A DNA stretch of 64,000 nt, taken from NCBI GenBank assembly GCA_963740315.1, contig CAVUDP010000003.1:96001-160000 (forward strand), given 5' to 3'. The stretch is from an uncultured cyanobacterium (GTDB taxonomy: Bacteria; Cyanobacteriota; Cyanobacteriia; Cyanobacteriales; Nostocaceae). Every line of letters starts with the position of its first letter. The stretch's first letter is position 1. Below, piece by piece: positions 20,128 through 26,968 of the stretch. The position numbers and the translations under genes were made by a program. The notes under the pieces were generated by a model that searched no databases, was not told where the DNA came from, and saw only the letters and a list, made by a program, of their open reading frames with translations.

Positions 20128-20280
20128 AGTTCTGCAAAAAGCCATTTCATAAAGATGTAATAAATAAAATCATCTCAATAATGGCAAACATGAGTAATTT
20201 AAACTAATTTGATCGGGAATATTTGGGCTTGATGTTGTAAAAATAGTAATGTACCTACTGGATAAATTTACTTAGCTTAA

Positions 20281-21279
20281 ATGTCCTCACACAGCCAATT
20301 CGACGTTTTCCTTTGTCACAACAGCAAAGACAAGCCGGAAGTAAAACAAATAGGAGAACAATTGATACAGCAAGGACTTAAACCTTGGTTAGATGAATGG
20401 GAATTTCGTCCTGGCTTACCCTGGCAACGTGAACTTGAAAAACAAATTGAACACATTAAATCTGCTGCGGTTTTTGTCGGTAGTAGCGGTTTTGGTCCTT
20501 GGCAACAGCATGAGTTAGATGCTTTTTTACGGGAGTTTGTCAAAAGGGAATGTCCGGTAATTCCTGTATTACTTCCTACCGCACCTCAACAGCCAATATT
20601 ACCAATTTTTCTTCGTAGTTATATGTGGGTAGATTTTCGGCAGCAACAACCGGAACCGATGGGACAATTAATTTGGGGAATTACGGGGAGAAAGCCGCAA
20701 TTTTATAAAGCTCCTGTAAATACAACACAAACAAAAGAAAATAACCCCACTCCACCAACAATAGTTGATTCTACTCCAACCATACCTAAACCACCAATAC
20801 CAGAAGATCAGCTTAGTTCAGAAAAAGGAGTCGATTACACCCGCTTACGGGATTTGCTCAAAGCAGGAAACTGGAAGGAAGCAGATAGGGAAACTCTCGC
20901 AGTTATGCTCAAGTGTGCGGGTGAAGGAGCAAAAGACTATTTGTATTCCCATCACATAGAAAATTTTCCTTGCACTGACTTACGCACCATTGACCAACTT
21001 TGGGTAGAATATAGCAATGGACGTTTTGGCTTCAGCGTGCAAAAGCGCATTTGGGAAAGCGTCGGAAAAGACTACGAAAAGTTTGGCGATCGCGTCGGTT
21101 GGCGTAAAGGAATGTTTTTCAACAAAGAGTGGGTGTTCTACAATGAATTAACTTTTTCCCTACAAGGTCCCCAGGGTCACCTTCCGGCTATGGCGAGTGG
21201 GAAATGGGGGGTGGTCAGTTATAATTGGGATATTAGTTATTCTTCTCTCGCGTCCAGACTTGTAGAATGTAACACATAA
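20281..21279 (+). CDS. TIR domain + GUN4 domain protein
   Basis: N-terminal FDVFLCHNSKDK...WLDEW...WQQHEL (TIR_2-like); Pro/Thr linker; C-terminal LSSEKGVDYTRLRDLL...WKEADRET...IDQLW...SNGRFGFSVQKRIW...GHLP (GUN4). Confidence 0.92.
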   Translation: MSSHSQFDVFLCHNSKDKPEVKQIGEQLIQQGLKPWLDEWEFRPGLPWQRELEKQIEHIKSAAVFVGSSGFGPWQQHELDAFLREFVKRECPVIPVLLPTAPQQPILPIFLRSYMWVDFRQQQPEPMGQLIWGITGRKPQFYKAPVNTTQTKENNPTPPTIVDSTPTIPKPPIPEDQLSSEKGVDYTRLRDLLKAGNWKEADRETLAVMLKCAGEGAKDYLYSHHIENFPCTDLRTIDQLWVEYSNGRFGFSVQKRIWESVGKDYEKFGDRVGWRKGMFFNKEWVFYNELTFSLQGPQGHLPAMASGKWGVVSYNWDISYSSLASRLVECNT

Positions 21280-21408
21280 GGCTTACAGAATTTTCTAAAG
21301 ATTTGTAAACTATCCATTTTCCACGAAGTCTTGCGGGTTCTGCGTTTCCGATACCTGGCACTTCTGCGGGATTTGTGTTTTTCTGGTGTTTCGTTGTAGT
21401 ATGCTTCC
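21246..21408. repeat. Conserved GUN4 3' constant block plus downstream tail, copy 1
   Basis: Aligns by eye to 22221-22381, from TCTCGCGTC(C/G)AGACTTGTA through GATACCTGGCAC to GTTGTAGTAT. Confidence 0.85.
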
Positions 21409-21441
21409 GGCAGAAAGTTTAAGTAATTTTCTATTTTCTAA

Positions 21442-21468
21442 TAGCATGATAACCGTGTCATCATGCTA
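21442..21468. promoter_or_regulatory. Putative HigA operator
   Basis: Perfect 9-bp inverted repeat TAGCATGAT-N9-ATCATGCTA directly upstream of higB. Confidence 0.65.
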
Positions 21469-21471
21469 ATT

Positions 21472-21766
21472 ATGATATTATCATTTAAGAACCAAGGAAC
21501 CGAAGACATCTTTGATGGTAATGACTCAAAGCAAGCTCGAAAGCAATGTCCTATATCCTGTTGGGAAGTTGCACGTAGAAAATTAGAATCAACTAAATGC
21601 GGCATCCTTGTTAGATGATATTAAAGTTCCACCAGGTAACAGGTTAGAAGCACTAAAAGGCGAACGGCAAGGTCAGCATAGTATTAGAATTAATGACCAA
21701 TATCGAATTTGCTTTATATGGACACTGCAAGATGCATCGGAAGTTGAAATAGTCGATTACCATTAG
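21472..21766 (+). pseudogene. higB: HigB/RelE-family toxin with +1 frameshift
   Basis: MILSFKNQGTEDIFDG...ARRKL / QLNAA...[29 protein letters not shown]...EIVDYH*. Extra A at about 21587; length 295 = 3n+1. Confidence 0.85.
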
Positions 21767-21779
21767 GAAACAAAAACCG

Positions 21780-22076
21780 ATGAAAATTCCAAAATACAGA
21801 TCCCCAACTCATCCTGGTGAAATATTACTTAAAGATTTCCTCGAACCAATGGAAATAACCCAAAGACAACTTGCAGACGCACTTCACGTTCCCTATCAGC
21901 GAATAAATGAACTTGTAAATCAAAAGCGAGGTATTACACCTAGCACAGCAATACGATTATCAAAATTTTTTGGAAATAGCTCTAATTTTTGGTTAAACCT
22001 CCAACAAAATTGGGAACTATACCACGTTTTGAAGGAAGAAGAAGAAGAACTAAAAACCATTTCGCAATTCAGATGA
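21780..22076 (+). CDS. higA: HigA-family addiction module antitoxin
   Basis: PTHPGEIL..DFL, HTH, RGITP, FWLNLQ. Confidence 0.93.
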   Translation: MKIPKYRSPTHPGEILLKDFLEPMEITQRQLADALHVPYQRINELVNQKRGITPSTAIRLSKFFGNSSNFWLNLQQNWELYHVLKEEEEELKTISQFR

Positions 22077-22080
22077 AGTG

Positions 22081-22381
22081 CATCGCAAGGTTGAATAAAA
22101 TGTTTTTAAAAAGAATGCTAAACTACAGTGAATTGATCTTCTTGTGCTCGGACGGACACCTCGGCGGGCGTAGGGTTACAGGCGGATCGGCTATTATAGA
22201 GGAGACCGACGAAGAGTATTTCTCGCGTCGAGACTTGTAAAATGTAACATATAAGGCTTACAGAGTTTATTAAGATTTGTAAACTATATTTTCACGAAGT
22301 TTGCGGTTCTGAGTTTTCGATACCTGGCACTGCGGGTTTTGGTGGTTTTGTTTTTTTGGTGTTTGTTGTAGTATATCTCGG
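22081..22381 (+). pseudogene. Orphan, degenerate GUN4 3' module (variable segment, constant block and tail), copy 2
   Basis: MFLKRMLNYSELIF...GHL-[variable]-FSRRDL* aligns with GMFFNKEWVFYNELTF...GHLP-[variable]-SLASRLVECNT* of the upstream gene. The downstream tail is similar to 21280-21408. Confidence 0.8.
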
Positions 22382-22389
22382 AACTTTTT

Positions 22390-23032
22390 GGTTATAGCAA
22401 TTGCGAAAATAAACTTTGCTGCAACTTCTTCAATATTTCATTTTTTGCTTACAGTCATCCAAGGTAAGCGCATCTGTCGGTGAAGATTTTTTCTTTTTTC
22501 CCGTTGCTTTTAATCTTTGAGTAACTTGCTTAACAGGAATAGCGATTTTTGATTTGGGTTTTGGTCGATATTTTTTGCAAAAACGCGATACTTTAGAATA
22601 ATTATTAGCCCACGCAGGTGGGCTTTGTAATTGTAGCCCTACCCTTCTAGGGTGAGGGTACCATATAGTGTAAAGAACTGCTGATGAGCGGCTTTGGGAT
22701 TGGATGGATATATGTAAAGTATAAGTTGGTTGTCTGATTGCAAAAGTACTGTGATAGCGTTTTAGAAGTGTCCGGTGCGGTTAAGAATTCGGTTAAAGCA
22801 CATGGCAGTATAAGTTTAGAATGCATTATTTTAGGTAAATTTAGGAATGTTGATAATAAATAATGACATGATTGATATGATACACAGAGATAAAGTTAAA
22901 TTGATATTTGTCCTGAGTTTATTGATTGATAAATTAGCACTTCGAATCAAACTCAGTGAGAGAGACTGCGTTATTGAACGGGTTGTGATGTGATAGGAAT
23001 ATCCTGTTGAATATTGGGGGAGAACGAGTCAT
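22390..23032 (-). pseudogene. Decayed HUH/Y1 tyrosine transposase (RAYT/IS200-like) gene
   Basis: Minus-strand fragments in changing frames: MTRSP, GYSYHITTR (~22978-23004), CI.S-NH(V)HYLL (HUH, ~22855-22885), YTAMCFNRILNRTGHF (22765-22812), KRYHST, YIH.NPKAA (catalytic Tyr motif), FCKKYRPKPKS, QMRLPW, EEVAAKFIFA. Many small deletions. Confidence 0.8.
22608..22660. repeat. REP-like palindromic insertion within the decayed transposase
   Basis: GCCCACGCAGGTGGGC and CCCTACCCTTCTAGGGTGAGGG hairpins interrupt the transposase homology. Confidence 0.6.
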
Positions 23033-23086
23033 AAAATATTTGAAATAATAAAATTAATTGTTTTTGAAAAACAAAAACGATTCAAA

Positions 23087-23596
23087 ATGCCCAAAAACAA
23101 CCAACCTAAATTAACAAAAGTATCGGTAAATCTCCCTTTCGGAATTGGTGGAACGGAATGGGAACCCGATGATACAGAAAGAAAAGCTGCTTGGTCATTA
23201 TTCATAGAACTTGTCACCCGCGTTACCATCCAACCTCTAGAAACAGAAACAGAACAAGGATTAATTCGCGAAGCACTCATATCTCTCCATAGTTTATTCG
23301 CAACTACGCGAGAAATCCTCAAACAAGCAGGTCCCCATATCGGTGCATCCCATAAATCTGTGGGAGGAATTGCTATCACCGTATTAAATAAAGGTTTACG
23401 TCCTTTCCTTGCTAAATGGCATCCTTTATTACAATCTTGGGAAGCACAACGTCCTCTCGATATCAGTCCTTTTGAACATGAAAAAAACTGGGAATACCAA
23501 GCGAAATTAAGAAGCGAATTGGAAATACTCAGGCACGATTTAGAAGAATATGCTATAGCTTTAGCAGTAATTGCGGGTGTAGATTATACCTTTTGA
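23087..23596 (+). CDS. Conserved hypothetical protein
   Basis: Intact 169-aa ORF with WSLFIELVTRV...LRPFLAKWHP, closely coupled to the next gene. Confidence 0.75.
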   Translation: MPKNNQPKLTKVSVNLPFGIGGTEWEPDDTERKAAWSLFIELVTRVTIQPLETETEQGLIREALISLHSLFATTREILKQAGPHIGASHKSVGGIAITVLNKGLRPFLAKWHPLLQSWEAQRPLDISPFEHEKNWEYQAKLRSELEILRHDLEEYAIALAVIAGVDYTF

Positions 23597-23597
23597 A

Positions 23598-24053
23598 ATG
23601 AGTAAATACATTGAAGCATTAACAGAATTTGACGGTGGGGGAAATGCAATTTTTCTCGCTGGTGGAATTTCTAATTGTCCAGATTGGCAATCGCAAATGG
23701 TCGAATTATTGAAACCTTCACCTTGGATTATTTTAAATCCTCGTCGTGCTAATTTTCCGATTGATAACCCCGACGCTTCCAAACAACAGATTGCATGGGA
23801 ACACAAACATCTGCGACTTGCTTCATCTATTCTTTTTTGGTTTCCCCAAGAAACAATTTGTCCGATAGCACTTTACGAACTCGGTGCTTTCTCGATGACA
23901 GATAAACCTTTATTTGTAGGAATTCATCCCAATTATCCGAGAAGACAAGACGTAGAAATTCAAACAAGTTTAGTACGTCCCGATATTAATATAGTTTATT
24001 CCTTGGAAGATTTAGCCGAACAAATTTTAGAGTTTGGTTGTAAAAATATCTAA
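23598..24053 (+). CDS. Nucleoside 2-deoxyribosyltransferase-like protein
   Basis: IFLAGGI...DWQ, LNPRR, QIAWE..HL, FWFP...CPIALYELG. Confidence 0.8.
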   Translation: MSKYIEALTEFDGGGNAIFLAGGISNCPDWQSQMVELLKPSPWIILNPRRANFPIDNPDASKQQIAWEHKHLRLASSILFWFPQETICPIALYELGAFSMTDKPLFVGIHPNYPRRQDVEIQTSLVRPDINIVYSLEDLAEQILEFGCKNI

Positions 24054-24124
24054 AAAATAAAACACTCTTAAGATAGATTTTATATTTAAGTGAATTGGTT
24101 GTATTATAACCAAAGTCAAAAATA

Positions 24125-24272
24125 ATTCAGCCTAATCCAGCTTATATTATTCAAGTTGGAGCGGAGGAACCACTATTACGGGGGCGTATTTTACTTAGAA
24201 GTCTTAATATCTTCTTGGTAAGAAGGATACCTCTCAATCCTAGCCCGTCAGCTAACTTCGCAGGCATCGAGG
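24125..24272 (+). ncRNA. Cyclic di-AMP (ydaO/yuaA) riboswitch
   Basis: GCCTAATCC...GGAGCGGAGGAACCA...GGGGGCG...CCCGTCAGCTAACTTCGCAGGC matches the family consensus blocks; lies upstream of an ion transporter. Confidence 0.85.
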
Positions 24273-24402
24273 GGAATTGATGATGAACAGCATTTTTCTT
24301 GTATTTATCGTCTCTATCCCAGGCTAATATCACTCGCGTCAATTGTGTACTTAATTATTACCTGGTGAATTATCATGCATGATTTTTTAGATTGAATAAA
24401 AT

Positions 24403-24493
24403 AGGACTTACGCAGCAATTACGGTAGATATAGTGTTCCACGCATGGAAGATCCCCCCAACCCCCCTTTTTAAGGGGGGCTTGCGTAAGTCCT
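24403..24493. mobile_element. MITE-like element
   Basis: 12-bp terminal inverted repeats AGGACTTACGCA/TGCGTAAGTCCT with an internal CCCCCTT..AAGGGGG hairpin. Confidence 0.7.
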
Positions 24494-24741
24494 GTAAAAT
24501 AAAATATTCCAGATTGTAAGCATTTTAAATTGCACAAATGCTAATTTTTCCCTGCTCCAAAATTAACTATCTCTATTTATTTCTTCCTTCTGCGTACTCT
24601 GCGTCTAGTAAGGTTTATAAATCGGTAATCTTGTGTAAATCAAGTAATTTTCTTTCCGTAGTGGCAGCATCTTGTTTCCCATTAACAATTTAAACATTTC
24701 AAAATACCTAATCAATACTATTAAATTTTAAGGAGCTTGTT

Positions 24742-26079
24742 ATGGGGAATTGGCAAGCAATGTTAAGCGGTGCCATATTTATCACTGTCATTGGTTTAAT
24801 TATGACAGAATGGATAAATTTGACAGTAGCAGCTTTACTCGGAGCATTACTATTAGTTTTTACTAATATAATGACTTTAGAAGAAGCAGTCGGATACATA
24901 GCTAAAAGTCACGGCACAATATCCTTATTTTTCGGGGTAATGATATTAGTTAGAGCGTTCCAACCAACAAAAGTCTTTGATTATTTAGCTGCAAGGATAT
25001 TATTATTAGTAAAAGGAGAAGGTAAACGTTTACTTTTAGGAATAATTGGCATAACTGTTCCAGTTTGTGCCTTTTTACCTAACGCTACAACTGTAATGTT
25101 GTTAGCACCTTTAATTCCCCCTATCGCTAAAGAATTAAGCGTTAATTTTGTGCCGCTATTGATTTTAATGGTATTTGTGGCGAATGCGGCCGGATTATTA
25201 ACTTTAGTCGGCGATCCAGTTACATTTTTAGTTAGCGATGCAATTAATTTAAGTTTCGCAGATTATTTATTACGTTTAAGTTTGGGGGGAGTAATTGCAA
25301 TCGCAGTAGTTGCTCTGACATTACCCGTACTTTTCCGCAAAATTTGGCGAACAAAGTTAGATGATTTGGGACAAATACCCCATCCACAAATTAAGCACCC
25401 AGAAGCTTTAGTAATGGGTGGGTTAATATTTGCTTTTGTAATCCTCTTTTTTGTGATTGGAGATACTTTACCAGTCAAAATTTCACCTGCTGCGGTTGCT
25501 TTATTGGGTGCTGCTTTGTCAATGCTTGTATCTCATCAAAGTAAAGTTGATACCGTGGAAAATATTTTGCGCGATGTTGATTGGAGTACTTTGATATTTT
25601 TTATGAGTACTTTTGTGTTAATCGGTGGATTACAAAAAACAGGGGTAATTGAAAGTTTTGCAGGTATATTAGCAACGTCTATCGGTACAAACATACTTTT
25701 TGGTTCGATAGTATTAGTTTTTGTCACCGGAATCCTATCAAGTATTGTTCCAAATATTCCTTTGGTTGTAGCAATGATTCCGCTATTAAAACAGTATTTA
25801 GTTAATGTTGGTTTAGTAGGAACAGAAGTATTATCGCCAGATTTCATCGGGCAATTACCACCATCTGTATTACCTCTATTTTATGCGATGTTGTTCGGCG
25901 CAAGTTTAGGAGGAAACGGTACTTTAGTTGGAGCATCTTCTAATATTGTCGCAGCAGGAATCGCTCAGCAGTACGGAAGACGCATTTCCTTCAAAGGGTT
26001 TTTGAAATACAGTATTCCGGTAACAATATTACAGCTAGTTGCAGCTACAGTTTATATATTAATTCGGTTTTTTGGGTAA
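24742..26079 (+). CDS. ArsB/NhaD (SLC13/P-protein-like) ion transporter
   Basis: Multi-TM protein; LPNATT, LTLVGDP, VPNIP, LGGNGTLVGASSN. Confidence 0.88.
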   Translation: MGNWQAMLSGAIFITVIGLIMTEWINLTVAALLGALLLVFTNIMTLEEAVGYIAKSHGTISLFFGVMILVRAFQPTKVFDYLAARILLLVKGEGKRLLLGIIGITVPVCAFLPNATTVMLLAPLIPPIAKELSVNFVPLLILMVFVANAAGLLTLVGDPVTFLVSDAINLSFADYLLRLSLGGVIAIAVVALTLPVLFRKIWRTKLDDLGQIPHPQIKHPEALVMGGLIFAFVILFFVIGDTLPVKISPAAVALLGAALSMLVSHQSKVDTVENILRDVDWSTLIFFMSTFVLIGGLQKTGVIESFAGILATSIGTNILFGSIVLVFVTGILSSIVPNIPLVVAMIPLLKQYLVNVGLVGTEVLSPDFIGQLPPSVLPLFYAMLFGASLGGNGTLVGASSNIVAAGIAQQYGRRISFKGFLKYSIPVTILQLVAATVYILIRFFG

Positions 26080-26081
26080 TC

Positions 26082-26188
26082 TACAGCACATTTTATTTTT
26101 CTCAGGTACATTTGGACGGGCAGGGATGCCCATCCCACAAGAGTTTTATCATATAAAGCTGTACCTCATTCATCTGCAAAGTGCTGTA
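26082..26188. mobile_element. MITE-like element
   Basis: TACAGCAC/GTGCTGTA termini, with AGGTACA/TGTACCT and GGGCAGGGATGCCC internal palindromes. Confidence 0.55.
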
Positions 26189-26305
26189 ATATCTTGCACC
26201 AATGTCGTTCAAACGTACTAAAAGCCTTGTCTAGTCGTCTTAAGACGACTTTGTTTATTAGCCTGGGAATTTATTCCAAGGCGATGTCGATAATAGTGCA
26301 AGATA

Positions 26306-26659
26306 TCAGAGCAACTTTTCCTTTATCGCTTCTTCTTTCTCCCGAAATCCCACCAAAACAGCATTACCATCTTTCACAAATAGCGGACGTTTGAGCAACA
26401 TAGCATCTTCAGCGAAAGCTTCTATCCACTGCTCATCAGTCCAAGTTTTCTTATCCTCACCTAACGCTCGATAAGATTGTCCCGAAGTGTTTCGCATCGG
26501 TTTAGAAGTTAAACTTTTTACCCAGTTTTCAAGCATTTCCTTACTGGGTGGATTTTCTTTAGTATTAACAAATTCGTATTCAATATTGTTATTTTGCAGC
26601 CAAGCGAAAGCTTTTTTACAAGTACCGCAGTTGGGAATACCGTAAACTTGGATTGACAT
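26306..26659 (-). CDS. Spx/MgsR (ArsC/YffB-like) family protein
   Basis: YGIPNCGTCKKA, NTSGQSYR, LLKRP. Confidence 0.88.
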   Translation of the reverse strand: MSIQVYGIPNCGTCKKAFAWLQNNNIEYEFVNTKENPPSKEMLENWVKSLTSKPMRNTSGQSYRALGEDKKTWTDEQWIEAFAEDAMLLKRPLFVKDGNAVLVGFREKEEAIKEKLL

Positions 26660-26745
26660 TACATTACTACTTTATGGGGATTGAGAAAGGATTAACGTAA
26701 AGGTAAGCTGAGTTTATATATCTCATTTTCTACCAAAGGTGTGAC

Positions 26746-26859
26746 ATGAGCCAAGAAGAAGATAAAAATACTATCAAAATAGATCCTGGAACTGTGGTAT
26801 TTATTATATTTGTCTTGTTGATACTTCCCTTGCTGCTTACAGGTTTTCTTTCTCAGTAA
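26746..26859 (+). CDS. Small single-TM protein (37 aa)
   Basis: MSQEEDKNTIKIDPGTVVFIIFVLLILPLLLTGFLSQ*; AAAGGTG RBS-like sequence upstream. Not in the ORF track. Confidence 0.6.
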   Translation: MSQEEDKNTIKIDPGTVVFIIFVLLILPLLLTGFLSQ

Positions 26860-26968
26860 AAATTCTCCAAACTGTTAAAGCGCTCCAATAAATAGAGCGC
26901 TACAGCACTGAATTAATACAAGCAATCTTAGAAACAGGATCTAAAACATCAGTACTACTTGCTATTAT

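Noticed and set aside
21395..21402. TGTAGTAT in the GUN4 tails matching half of the 803-820 operator
   Set aside because: Only an 8-nt half-site, and it may belong to the transposase 3' end or a -10-like element; a chance match is plausible.
21188..22218. Classical DGR TR/VR pair
   Set aside because: The two cores cannot be aligned, differences are not confined to adenines, and no RT or avd gene is in the window. A remote DGR cannot be fully excluded.
24151..24342. 63-aa minus-strand ORF
   Set aside because: Antisense to the c-di-AMP riboswitch; not supported as coding.
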